NCBI RefSeq assembly: GCF_006345805.1
Contig: NC_042997.1
Location: 187,240,001 to 187,304,000, forward strand
Length of the DNA stretch: 64,000 bases
DNA from: Octopus sinensis
Lineage: Eukaryota
Reading direction: 5' to 3'
Positions 1 to 11,959 of this stretch are shown piece by piece. The position numbers were made by a program, and so were the translations under genes. The notes under the pieces were generated by a model that did not search any database, was not told the origin of the DNA, and saw only the letters and a list, made by a program, of their open reading frames with translations. How positions within the stretch are numbered: position 1 is the first letter of the stretch; every line of letters starts with the position of its first letter.

Positions 1-213
1 ACATGTGTATATATTTGCATATGTGTGTGTATATACATGCACACATATATACATATACGCATATATATGTTCATATATTCACATGTCTGTACATGTCTGT
101 ATATAATATGCTTATAAAACTGCACACCTGTGTATATATACCTACAAATTTGCATATATACTAATATTTAATATACGAAGGGAAGTTAAAAATTATCTGC
201 ATTTTCACCATTG

Positions 214-512
214 TTTGTTCCTTCTCAAGCCATGCCTGGCTCATAGGGCCAATTTCCCGGTTTTCTTGGCTTATAGGTTCCCCACCTGGATGGGACACCA
301 GTCTGTCGCAGGTGAGCTGCAAGATGCAGGTGGAAGGAGTGAGAGAAAGTTGTGGCGAAAGAGTCAGCAGAAGTTTGCCATTACCTTCTGCGAGAGCTGC
401 GTGGAGCTTAGGTGTTTCACTCATAAACGCACACATCACCCGGTCTGAGATTTGAACCCACTGTCCCTCAACCATGAGTCCACTGCTCTAACCACTAGGC
501 CATGTGCCTCCA
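214..512 (-). mobile_element. tRNA-derived SINE (family C)
   Basis: Minus strand starts gtggaggcacatggcctagtggttagagc (A box) ... gggttcaaatc (B box). Same family at 1829-2078 (+), 3370-3820 (-), 4230-4490 (-), 35125-35300 (-). Confidence 0.8.
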
Positions 513-1126
513 CACACTTTCACCATAACATATCCTTATTATTGTCACACTGCCTTATGTGCAACTGTGCTTATAGTTGGTACTATTGTGGCTAAGTGAT
601 CGAAGTTTGAGCCTGATCTCACTATTTTTCTTTCTGGCTTTACAGTGTAAGCATGGCTGCTCCACTAGTAATGTGCCCCAAAGAAGAACAAAGAACAGTG
701 ATCTGAGAAATGGTAATGATGAATCTTCTTGTCATTGTTGGAGGTTGATGGGCATCCTGCTCTCACTTTATGCTTCATGCTTGTCTGGCCACTTTTAAAC
801 TTCTCAATCCACTCATACACACTTCTCTGCAGTAGTGCACTGTCCCTGTATTGTGCTGAAAGCTTTTGATGAATTTCAGCACCTGACACACCTTCCGACC
901 AGAGAAATTGGATCACTAATCTTTCTTCCTCTTTGGTTCACAATGCTGGTGGAGCAGCCATGCTTACACTGTAAAGCCAGAAAGAAAAATGCATGATCAG
1001 GCTCAAATTTCCATCATGTGACGACAACAGTACCAATTATATAAACATGCATGTGTAGAAGGCAGTGTGGCAATAATAAAGATATGTTATGGCGAAAGTG
1101 TGGATAATTTTTGACTTCCTCTCATA
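509..1126 (-). mobile_element. mariner-derived non-autonomous element with ~190-bp inverted arms and an internal transposase N-terminal HTH fragment
   Basis: ORF 665-916(-) MIQFLWSEGVSGAEIHQKLSAQYRDSALLQRSVYEWIEKFKSGQTSM resembles the mariner N-terminal HTH. 519-705 is the reverse complement of ~910-1100. Right end is ...ttgacttcctctcaTA. Confidence 0.85.
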
Positions 1127-1364
1127 TGTTGGTTTCACACCAGTATGAACTGCAGTCAAATGCATAAATATATACAGATGTATACAAGGTGGTGCCCCAG
1201 CTTGGCCGCAGCCCAATGACTGAAACAAGTAAAAGTTAAAAGATAAGAGCTATATTCAAAACTCTGCGTAACTACTCATTCTTTGTTTCTTCTCAAGCCA
1301 TTCCTGGCTCATAAGAGCCGGTTTCCTGGTTTCCTTGGTGTATAGGTTCCCCACCTGGACAGGA

Positions 1365-1790
1365 CACCAGGATGCACACTACACCTGATTCTTCTGATAC
1401 CCAATTTTTCTCTTGATGCATTTGTACTTTGTCATTCATGCACACTTAAACTGCATATCCAGCAGAAAATGCTGCCTTCATTTTTATTTCCATATTTCTC
1501 AAATCCCTTGCATTCAAGGCCTTTATCACACTACTATGCAGCATCGCAATTTTAACACAAGTGTGAATACCCTTCACTCATAGCGGTAGAAGGTTCCTGA
1601 ACTTTTCCCCACTTGTTCTTACCCTAGCTGCTATACCTTCAGAGCAACCACTTCCTTTACTAATTATATCTCCTCGGTAACGAAACTTGGCAACTGCTAC
1701 TAGTGAGCCATCTGGACATTTAAGAGAATCATCTATTTCTGGTCTGCTCAGAGTATGAACTGCTCCAGTGCATCAGTCACTAATGAAGGT
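1365..1790 (-). mobile_element. RTE-clade LINE ORF2 fragment (decayed)
   Basis: Manual translation: CTGAVHTL...DSLKCPDGSLVAVAKFRYRGDIISKGSGCSEGIAARVRTSGEKFRNLLPL...CWICSLSVH...REKLGIRRIRCSV, typical of the RTE RT C-terminal region, with stops and frameshifts. Confidence 0.85.
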
Positions 1791-1828
1791 TATATAATAT
1801 TTATTTAAAGCTATGCATGAGTAGTTAT

Positions 1829-2145
1829 GTGGAGGCACGTGGCTTAGTGGTTAGGGTGTCAGCATCATGATCGTAAGATTGTGGTTTCGATTCCTGGACC
1901 GGGCGATGCGTTGTGTTCTTGAGCAAAACACTTCATCTTCATGTTGCTCCAGTCCACTCAGCTGGCAGAAATGAATAATACTGCGATGGACAGGAGTCCC
2001 ATCCAGGTGGGGAGTTTCTACGCCACTGAAACCAGGAAGCCAGCCCTTATGAGTTTGGCATGACTTGAGAAGGAACATTTAGTGGAGGCACATGGCCTAG
2101 TGGTTAGAGCAGTGGACTCGTGGTTGAGGGATCGCGGGTTCAAAT
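1829..2145 (+). mobile_element. tRNA-derived SINE (family C) followed by a second isolated tRNA-like head
   Basis: gtggaggcacgtggcttagtggttaggg...gtttcgattcc (A/B boxes), then a CORE-like gtgttcttgagcaaaacactt segment; second head at 2081-2145. Confidence 0.8.
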
Positions 2146-3165
2146 CACTGCTGCCCATTTAGCTAAAGAGTTATTGTCAATGAAAACATATTCATAGTTA
2201 GTGACTCTATGGTGATGTTTCTTGTTTTTATTTCTGTTGAGTCAACCCCAATAAAGCAATCTAAGCTATTCTAGTAAAAACCAGCCTGCCTTCATTTCTG
2301 ACACAGTGTATTGAGGATTACACTAATGAATGGGTTGTTCTTTTTTTAAAAAAAAAACCAATAAGGAGATTTAAATGTTTTTTCCAGTAAGATGAGTGAT
2401 CGTGCAGAACAGTGATTCCTATCCTTTTCATTATCAAAAACTTCTTTTATATAAATGAATTTCTCCGTTGCCCAAGGTCTGTTTATTCCACAAATTTTGA
2501 ATTCAACTCACGGACCACTAATACTACCTTTGTGAACTTCAGATTGGGAACTGCTGATAGAGAGGGTCTCTCATTAGTTAACATTTCCGTTGTTAGTTAG
2601 TCATAATCCTGCTACTTTTAAGTTGATGTAGGACTTGTGTTTGTGAATGAAACGAAACATTTGATCAGCATTTTTACCTGTTTTTCTTGTGACATATGTT
2701 GTGTAAAGATTTATGATGTAAATCACAAAGACTTCACATTTAATTGTTTGGGAATTAAAGTTAATTTTGTTACTGTATTCAAAATGTCAAGCAGTTACGT
2801 AGGGAAAAAAAAAGAAACTTTCAATAGCAGTTTGTTTCGGAATTTTGTCAAGGTGACATTTTGAATAAATTATAAACTTTCATTTTACATTGATGCTTTT
2901 GAAAGCTTTAACAAACGAATTTGAAATGGCATGAAGTATGAGTGTTTTCTTTTCTTTTCACCAGTTCAGCCTGAGTAGGAAGGGCTGTATCCACATTGTT
3001 CTAGAATGAATGATAGAGAGACAGTTATAAAAGGTTAATGTAATTAGAATTAAGACTTAACTTGTGAAAGTCAGAAGCGAAGCCAGATGGATTATTCCAA
3101 GGAGCAGAATGAATTTAGGCATCAAATTAGTTTGAGCATATATTGATATTATTATTGTATGGCTG

Positions 3166-3203
<38 letters not shown>

Positions 3204-3361
3204 CCATCACCATCATCACCACCACCACCACCACCATCATCACCATCATCGTTTAATGTCCAGTTGGATGTTTTGATAGAATTTAACAAGCCAGAGAACT
3301 GTGCCAAGCTCCAATGTTTGCTATGGTATGTTTTCTATGAATGGAAGTGCTTCCTCACACC

Positions 3362-4531
3362 AACCATTTTGGATAAAGGATAAAGATCCTTCCCAAGTCA
3401 TATAGACCCATAGGGCCAGTTTCTTGGTTTCCATGATGCATATATTACTCGTTTTTGCCAGCTGAGTGGACTGGAGTAATACGAAATGAAATGTTTTGCT
3501 CAAGAACACAACATGTCGCTGGGTCCAGGAATTGAAACCATAATCTTACAATCATGAGTTCAACACCTGAACCACTAAGTTGCATGCCCCCACAAGTAAA
3601 GTAACTTCCTGACTCATAGAAACTCATAAGGGCTGGTTTCCCGGTTTCCATGGCATTTAAATTCCCCCATCTGGACGGGATGCTGGTCCATCGCAGGATT
3701 GCTCAAATTTGCCAGCTGAGTGGACTGGAGAAACTTTTGCTCAAGAACACATGTTGTTTACTTAAAGAATAAGACCACAATGTTAAAATCCAACACCCTA
3801 ACCACTAAGTCATGTGCTTCCACTTACAGAGTGTAGGAGACCTAGAAAGTTCTCCTCTGAGGCACAAGTTTGGACAAGGTTGTTTATGGAAGACCATCAG
3901 TTGCCCATGCATACCAGTCTCCCTTTTCCACACCACCAATGTTGTTCAAAAGAAAGTCAAAGGCTGATACAGCTTGGCACCAGTGGTGTCACAACTTATT
4001 TCTATATAGGAATGAACTGGAGCAATATGAAATAAAGTGTCTTGCTCAAGAACACAATATACAGCCCGGTTCAGGAATCAAATTCATTACCTCATGATTG
4101 TGAACCTGATGCTTGCCTGGGGCAGGACTCACAAGAGGGGGTTGGTCAAAGCTCGGAGCTCTCCGACACAGGCCGCTCCTGTGTGCAGGTTGTTTACAAG
4201 GCAGACCCCACTCAAGCACATTTGGATAAAGGATAAAGGATAAAGACCCTTCCCAAGTCATATAGACCCATAGGGCTAGTTTCTTGGTTTCCATGATGCA
4301 TATATTACTCATTTTTGCCAGCTGATGCATATATTACACCCACTCATTTTTTCAGCCGAGTGGACTGGAGTAACATGAAATGAAGTGTTTTGCTCAAGAA
4401 CACATGTCGCTGGGTCCAGGAATTGAAACCATAATCTTACAATCATGAGTTCAACACCTGAACCACTAAACTGCGTGCCTCCACAAGTAAAGTACCTTCC
4501 TGAGTCATAGAAACTCATAAGGGCTGGTTTC
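3362..4531. repeat. local direct duplication (~280-310 bp; 3362-3640 and 4219-4531)
   Basis: Both copies share the same junctions (ggataaaggataaaga...cacaagtaaagta.cttcctga.tcatagaaactcataagggctggtttc). Confidence 0.85.
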
Positions 4532-4912
4532 ACAATGGCAGAGAGAGCACTAAATGCTTTCCATGTGGTACTAGCACAACTGAAGTTCCTAAGTAGATCT
4601 CAAGACAAGACAAGACCTCCTTAACTGAAGCAGGGGAGTAGTATTGAGGAAGGTGGCTTTATGCCAGATAATGATAATGATATGTTAAAGTATGATAGCA
4701 AGACGGGAACAGGTATCTTATTGCAGGAGAGTTACCTGGCTACTCCAGCTTGAAGAGAGAGAGACGGTGGTGGTGAAACTGTATCAGGGCATGCCCTTAA
4801 GTTTAAAAAGGTAAATAAAGAGAAGTGATATTAGTGGGAATTATTATTGTGGTAAGCATGGAAATACATTTTCCACATTGTAAAATTGGTGAAATGTTAG
4901 TACCCTCTTTGC

Positions 4913-5320
4913 AGGTGCAGGAGTGGCTGCGTGGTAAGTAGCTTGCTTACCAACCACATGGTTTCGGGTTCAGTTCCACCATGTGGCACTTTGGGCAAGT
5001 GCTTTCTACTATAGCCTCGGGCCAACCAAAGCCTTGTGAGTAGATTTGGTAGACAGAAACTGAAAGAAGCCTGTCATATATATGTGTATATATATATATG
5101 TTTGTGCGTTTGTGTGTCTGTGTTTGTTCCCCCAACATCGCTTGACAACTGATGCTATTTTATGTCCCAGTAACTTAGCGGTTCAACAAAAGAGACCGAT
5201 AGAATAAATACTAGGCTTCCAAAGAATAAGTCTTGCGGTCGATTTGCTCGAAGAAAGGCGGTGCTCCAGCATAGTTACAGTCAAATGACTGAAACAAGTA
5301 AAAGAGTAAAAGAGTAAAAG
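4913..5320 (+). mobile_element. tRNA-derived SINE (family A) with internal (TA)n(TG)n microsatellite
   Basis: Head ggtgcaggagtggctgcgtggtaagtagc...gggttcagttcc; CORE-like gcactttgggcaagtg; tail gtcaaatgactgaaacaag(taaaagag)n. About 25 full or partial copies, e.g. 6345-6745-, 8075-8358-, 8960-9350-, 22465-22930-, 24961-25365+, 34560-34920-, 38415-38810+, 40570-41035-, 41700-42100+, 42915-43350+, 46095-46510+, 61270-61735-, 63230-63610+. Confidence 0.9.
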
Positions 5321-5756
5321 TGGCATTAAAGGTGAGTACTGTAAGTAACTGCCATACACTAGGCACTAGGACTGTTTATTTTCTTAGCAATCAGTCTTCT
5401 TGTTTGATGAAGATCTGTTTCAAGCTCAAAATAAATTTAAAGATAACTACACAGAATGAACAATAGTAGTATTTGTTCTGTATCACTAGAATGTTCTTCA
5501 AGCACATGACAGCATTAACCTTGGTTTTCTTAAGCAGCACCTGTATTTATTATTCATTAAAATATGTATTAAAGAAAAGTATTAAAGAGAATCTTAACAT
5601 ACATACATACATACATCCCCACTCAAATATATGTATGTATGTGTGTATATATATATATACATACATGTGTGTGTGTACATATACATATGCATGCAAATGT
5701 ATATATATGTGTATATATATATGTATGTATGTATATATATATATATACGTATATAT

Positions 5757-6330
5757 GTCATCATCATCATTTAACGTCTGTTTTTCATGCTAGCATGGGT
5801 TGGATGGTTTGACCGGGGTCTGGAAAGCCAGGAGACTGCACCAGGTTTGATCTAGCAGTGTTTCTACAGGTAGATGCCCTTCCTAATGCCAACCATTCCG
5901 TGAGTGTAGTGGGTGCTTTTTATGTGCCACCGGTTGGTGCATTTTACATGCCACCGGCAGGGAAGCCAGTCAAGGTAGTGCTGGCATCGGCCAAATTCAA
6001 ATGGTGCTTTTTACTTGCCACCAACATGGGTATCACAACTACAATTTCCATTTGATTTTCATTTTGATGTTGATATTGATGTACTTGACTCAATAGGTCT
6101 CCTCAAGCACAGCAGGTCGCCCTACAATCGAAGATACTTTTGAATGGGCTGGGGCTGGTGATGCAAAACTGGTGTAGGATACAGCCATGAACACACTTTA
6201 TTTGCCGGATCTTTACAGTCACAGTATATCTTCAGAGGTCTCGGTCTTTTGTCATTGCCTCTGTGAGGCCCAACGTTCAAAGGTCATACTCGACCACCTC
6301 ATCCCATGTTTTACTGGGTCTACCTCTATT
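5757..6330 (-). mobile_element. RTE LINE 3' end (ORF2 C-terminus plus 3' UTR ending in (GAT)n)
   Basis: Minus translation RGRPSKTWDEVVEYDL*TLGLTEAMTKDRDL; 3' UTR ends ...gacgttaaatgatgatgatg. UTR-only copies at 9355-9640, 18205-18570, 20780-21180, 36135-36300, 38850-39180, 48500-48720, 50340-50560, 51230-51600, 55280-55485. Confidence 0.85.
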
Positions 6331-7399
6331 CCGGATTTATATATATACTCTTTTACTTGTTTCAGTCATTTGACTGCGGCCATGCTGGAGCACCGCCTTT
6401 AGTCGAGCAAATCGACCCCAGGACTTATTCTTTGAAAGCCTAGTACTTATTCTATCAGTCTCTTTTGCCGAACCACTAAGTTACGGGGACATAAACACAC
6501 CAGCATTGGTTGTCAAGCGATGTTGCGGGGGACAAACACAGACACACAAATGTATACACACACATACATATATATACATATATACAACGGGCTTCTTTCA
6601 GTGTCTGTCTACAAAATCCACTCACAAGGCTTTGGTCGGTCTGAGACTACAGAAGAACACACTTGTCCAAGGTGCCATGCCGTGGGAATGAACCCGGAGC
6701 CATGTGGTTGGTAAGCAAGCTACTTACCACACAGCCACTCCTGCGAGTGAGTAAGAAGTTTAAAATCATCATCTGTTGTCCTCAGGGGTATTTGTCCTGT
6801 GGGGGTAGGGGAGATTATTGTCAAGTGGGAGGGTAAATGTCCTAGACTAGTATAAATACACATATGTTTGTATTCATATCTATCTGTCTGTCGATGATAT
6901 GTTTATATATATGGTCATCTTGATAGCAGTTTATATATTTCTTTTATTTCGAAGAGACCGAAACCATTTGATGACATAGAACTTATTAAGCAGGTATTGA
7001 ACATATGTTCCTTTTGTTCTTAAGAAACTTTTTATTGCAATAATAATTCATCATCATCATCATCATCATCATTACATATTTTAACAGTATTCCATTTTCA
7101 TCGTGTCAATGGAATCATATCTCGAAAATCACTGACAATAACTTTACCTCCTCAATTTTCAAGGACTCTTTGTAGGATTCTTGAAGAATGGAGTATGACA
7201 GTTTTCTGCAACTTTGCTATTCAGGTCTCAGCTTAAATGTCTTTCATTCTCTTCAAGTGCTGGTGTGGTGTTTCCTTTTGTGTTCATATGACAATAGAAA
7301 TAACTTTCATTTAGGTATTTCAAAGTTTTCTCATATATTTAGCCAAACCAGGAAACTTCACAATAATAATTTTTTTTTTTTGTTTCTATTCCTTTAATT

Positions 7400-8070
7400 C
7401 TACTGTCACATAGCATAGCTAAATCTGTGATCTCATATATTTTCCTCTTTTTTTTCCCCCCTATTTTAATCACACCTGATCTCTGTTCTTCTATTACACA
7501 GTCATTTAACTCAGTGAAATCCCACAGAATTATACAACAGAAATTTTCAATAACGGCTGCTAGTGATAGGACCATTTTTCATTCACTTTAAATCCAATTT
7601 CCGGTCAGTTTCTCAGTGTAGTTACCCCACCTTCATCCTGCCACTTTAGCCTTTGATATTTATGTATTTCAAACCCTTTATGTTTGACAGTTTCATATTT
7701 TTCCAAATATCTGACACTGATTATCTTATTGGCTTCAGTCTATTTTGCTTTAACAAAGTTAAACCACTTGCTCCCACACAGCTATGTTCAAGGCTTCAAT
7801 TTCCAGAGTTTCTATTTCCTCTGAAGAAAAGCTAAAGACTGTCTCAGTATTGATATAATCCATTTATTGATATCTTTAACAACATTACAGATTTTATTCA
7901 GTTTATTTCAATGATTTTCCTGACTTTCCTCTTATATTCTTCAGCAACTTTATTCATGCTACTCATACTTCTTTGGCAATGCTCTGTCACTTATATTATG
8001 ATCTCTGTACCTCCAGGGTATGCCCTGGCACTTGCCACCATCTATCTCTCTCTTCTTTTATTCTACCATC
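7400..8070 (-). mobile_element. R4/Dong-like (restriction-like endonuclease) non-LTR retrotransposon remnant, heavily decayed
   Basis: With frameshifts: EEYKRKVRKII...KLNKICNVVKDINKWIISILRQSLAF and ILWDFTELNDCVIEEQRSGVIKI, resembling KEYxRRVRKIL..KLN..N.IKAINTWAV.ILRYS and ILWDF.IQTD..IEARRPDI of R4/Dong ORFs. Confidence 0.7.
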
Positions 8071-8696
8071 CCCTTTATAGTCTGGTCTCTTTTGCCGAAC
8101 CACTAAGTTACAGGTCTGTAAACACACCACTATTGGTTGTCAAGCGATGTGTGTGTGTGTGGGGGGCAAACACAGACACACAAACACACACACATATACA
8201 TATACATATATACGACGGGCTTCTTTAAGTTTCCGTCTACCGAATCCACTCACAAGACTTTGGTTAGCCCGAGGCTATAGTAGAAGACACTTGCCCAAGG
8301 TGCCATGCAGTGGGACTGAACTCGGAACCATGTGGTTCACTCAGCCACTCCTACGCCTATGAGGGTAAACATAATAAATCCTCTTGAAAAATAATTTCCT
8401 CCTGCAGTTTGTGACTACATATCCACTCGACTCACTGAAACATTATACTTGCTGAAGTTTTGTATTCTGTCTGGACTGCTATACGTTTTTCGGGCACTGT
8501 ATAGTGGTTACAAGCAAAAGGTATGGCGGTGATTGAAAAGTTTGCTTCCCAACCACATGACTGGTGGTTCAGTCCTATGGTGTGGCACTTTGGGCAAATG
8601 TCTTCCACTATAGCCCAAAGGCTGACTGAAGCTTTGTGAGTGGTTTTAGTGGATAGAAACTGAGAAAAGCCCGTTTTAGTGGATAGAAACATTAGC

Positions 8697-8930
8697 AAGG
8701 TGGTGAGCTGGCAGAAAAGTTAGCACGCTGGGCGAAATGCTTAGCAGTATTTCGACTGCCATTACATTCTGATTTCAAATTCCGCCAAGGTCGACTTTGC
8801 CTTTCATACTTTCAGGGTCGATAAATTAAGTACCAGTTACGCACTGGAGTCGATCTAATTGACTTAATCCATTTATCTGTCCTTGTTCGTCCCCTCTGTG
8901 TTTAGCCCCTTGTGGGCAATAAAGAAATAA
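8697..8930 (+). mobile_element. tRNA-derived SINE (family B)
   Basis: ggtggtgagctggcagaaaagttagc...ttcaaattccgccaaggtcgactttgcctttcat...ccccttgtgggcaataaagaaata. Many copies, e.g. 12192-12424-, 18580-18740-, 32100-32320-, 33560-33750-, 55790-56000+, 56230-56440-. Confidence 0.88.
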
Positions 8931-9151
8931 GAAGCTGAGAAAAGCCTATAAATGTATTCTTTTATTCTTTTATTCTGTTACCTGTTTCAGTCATTTGACT
9001 ATGGCCATGCTGGAGCACTGCCTTTAGTCAAGCAAATCGATCCCAGGACTTATTCTTTGTAAGCCTAGAACTTATTCTATCGGTGTCTATTGTCAAACCA
9101 CTAATTTACAGGGAAGTAAACACATCAGCATTGGTTGACACAAACACCCCA

Positions 9152-9186
<35 letters not shown>

Positions 9187-9644
9187 ACGGGCTTCTTTCA
9201 GTTTTGGTCTACCATATCCACTCTAAAGGCTCTGGTCGACCTGAGGCTATAGCTGAAGACACCTGCCCAAGGTGCCACGCAGTGGGATTGAACCCAGAAC
9301 CATGTAGTTGGGAAGCAAGCCACTTATCACACAGCCACTCCTGCGCCTGTATATATCATCATCACCATCATCATCGTCATTATCATCATTTAGTGTCTGA
9401 TGTCCATGCTTGCATAGGTTGAATGGTTTGACCAGTGCTGACAAGCTGGGCGGGCAGCATCAAACTCTAGTCTGATTTGGCATGGTTTCTATAACTGGAT
9501 GCCCTTCCTAACACCAACCACTTTACAGAGCATGCTGGGTGCTTTTACATGGCACCACAAGGACACTTTTATATAGCACCACATAGGTACTTTTATGTGG
9601 TACTGCATGGATGCTTTTATGTGGCACCATAAAAGCAAGTGCCT

Positions 9645-10017
9645 TCCACCATCAGAAGGACCAGTTTTAACACTTCTGCTGTGGAGTACAAGTCTTCTTA
9701 AGTACTGTAAGGCACCAGACAGCTTGGTCCTTTTTCATCTCACCTGAAAGGCTCAGCATCCTGAAGTCATTCTTCAATGTGCATGTATCTCCTTTTAAGG
9801 AAGCTTTCACCCACTTCCTAGGACTGACTGACCTGTGCTCGACTGCTGTTGGCACGGACCCCTTCTCCTCTTCGGTCTTTGAAGGTCTCTTTCGAATATT
9901 TGCTACTACCATCGAAATCTGCACCCGTGAAGAGCCCAAAAAGCCAACCATTGCCACCAGTCAGCGATGTGCATTGGCAACCTACCTGACCCATCTTGAA
10001 ACATGGACCGAGGAGTC
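9645..10017 (+). pseudogene. 28S: 28S rRNA fragment (end of the D2 expansion segment and following conserved core), CpG-decayed
   Basis: 9984-10017 acctgacccatcttgaaacatggaccgaggagtc vs universal LSU acccgacccgtcttgaaacacggaccaaggagtc; preceded by gtcagcgatgtgcattggcaacct, similar to the D2 3' end. The match is firm for the last ~60 nt; the upstream extent is inferred from raised GC. Confidence 0.8.
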
Positions 10018-11959
10018 CCAATCAACTTTGGAACCTTTTCAGTTTGAAGGTGCATCATAGTTGTAGATGAGTATTACTGTAATACAAGCAGTATCAATCA
10101 TTTCCAATGGTTCTGTCTAAACATGTCAAACCACAGGGAAATATTGCCTTGGTGGTAGAAAGGGCATCTGGCCATAGAAAATGTCTCAATAAGCTCTGTC
10201 CAATCCATGCAGGCATAGAAAAAAGGACGTTAAAAAACACTGATGAAAGATTATATATTATAAAACAATGGGCTATCTAACATTTCATGTGGTTTTTTCA
10301 GTAGTTCATTAATTTAATTGTGAGCTTTATTCTATTTTTGTTTACATAAAAATATATAACTTTTTGCATCTTCTTTGTTCTTTACAAAGTAGATTAAATG
10401 TCTAAATCTAAAAATAATACATTTGATGATGATCAGAGATCAAACTGATCAAAATGTAGTGAAAGATGTAAGTACTTTAAAAGTTTTTTTTTCTCTAAAG
10501 TTGAGGCGACTAGCCAGAAATATAATATTCTAAGAAAATAGATATTTGATTTGTATGAAAAAGTACATCTCATCAGTTATGTACTTTGCCACTAATTTAT
10601 ATATATATATAATAGAGAGCCAACAAGGGAGTCTCAATCCAGTTGGTCAATCTGTTAGAAATATCAGCCAAATCCTTCTCATATCATAGTCTATCACAGC
10701 TTAGAAAAGGAAGAACGCACTAGATAATGTAGCCTCTAATATCATACAATGTCTGCAGCTGGAACTCATTTAATCATCAGTCTTACTGCTGACCTGGGGT
10801 TAAGCAATTACAATAACATGTAACAGGGCTGCCTTTACACACGTTGGTCCCTTTTGTTTTACCTTTTTCTCCAAAGAACAATTCTCCCTTCTGTCATTAT
10901 TAATGGTATGCATTCAGATAGGCACTGAACAAGACATCTTGACATGTGTAAGTTCTGAAACTAGAAACATTGTAATTCATCTGAATCCGTCTTTTGATAT
11001 TTTGTATTTTCTGTCTTTTTTTTTTTGTTATTCTCCTCATTATTTTTTATTTTTTTAAATATATGTGGTCTTGCTCTGTTGTTTTGAAATTCTATCCAAC
11101 ACCGTGGTATCCAGTTTGCATCTTTTTTTTTTCTTAAAGTTTTTAGTTTGTTACTCCAAATTCCTGATCAGTATTGTTTTGATTCAGCCCACATCTGGCA
11201 CTTCATTTTATTGTTGTTCTTCAGCACAGATTCGTAGACTAGAGAATTTTTCTTTTGTTGCTCATAAACATACAGTTTTGTTTATATTAGTATATCCACT
11301 GTAGATATCTATTTTCTCTGTTTTTGATTTGATTCTGGGTTTTATTTCTTCAACTAGAGCCTATATGCCTTTTAACATAATTTTAAAATTTTCTTTATAT
11401 TACTTCATAAACCTTGTTTACGATATTCTTTTCGGAAATTGGAAAGCTGACTCAGATTTTTTATGAGGTTTTTTTTTTTTACTTCCAATCTCATTTTACC
11501 CCGCTTCCATCTCTCTCTTCTTTTTGTTTTGCTTTGAATTCACCAACCAATATTTCAGTGACAAATACAGCTCCATCATATATAAAAGGGTCATTGATAT
11601 CAACGATATTATTCATTCATATCTTTTTGGAGGGTTATCATAGAATTTTCTGACTACTTTAAATAATCTCTCCTATTCTATTACCCTTAATGTTTGCAAT
11701 TTGGCTTGGTAACTTCCTTATTCCTTCAAGTTTCCTAAATCCATTTATATTCTTCCTTGACTATCTCTCATCTATATTCAGTGCCACTCTGTTCTTCTTC
11801 CCTTTTTTTGTCACTTTTATCTTGGCACTTTGTTTCCCTTTTCACAGATATTAGATTTTCCCCCTCCACAGCTGGTGTTGTTGATGTCATTACAGCTTCT
11901 GATGATATTATTGTTCTACTATCATTGCTATTACTGCTGTTATAGAGTTTGGACTAAAC

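Noticed and set aside
2081-2145. tRNA-like sequence (also 19680-19745 and 23475-23545)
   Set aside because: A/B boxes are present but no convincing acceptor stem; they match SINE heads, not tRNA genes.
2388-3150. Repeat-free stretch with acceptor-like sites (2387, 2964) suggesting a terminal exon or 3' UTR
   Set aside because: Only a few codons before stops, and no recognisable protein or linked upstream exon.
8408-8520. Apparent 113-nt + strand exon (CDYISTRLTETLYLLKF...)
   Set aside because: The donor is supplied by a SINE head, and the region adjoins, and may belong to, the minus-strand R4/Dong remnant.
9667-10060. Three overlapping ORFs (93, 96, 67 aa) in a GC-richer patch
   Set aside because: Better explained by the 28S rRNA fragment; GPCFKMG is the antisense reading of the LSU core motif.
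10221-10250. CTGATGA motifs at ~10221, 11897, 11985, 17766 and 28503
   Set aside because: No stem II followed by GAAA; they derive from (GAT)n tails or LINE coding sequence.
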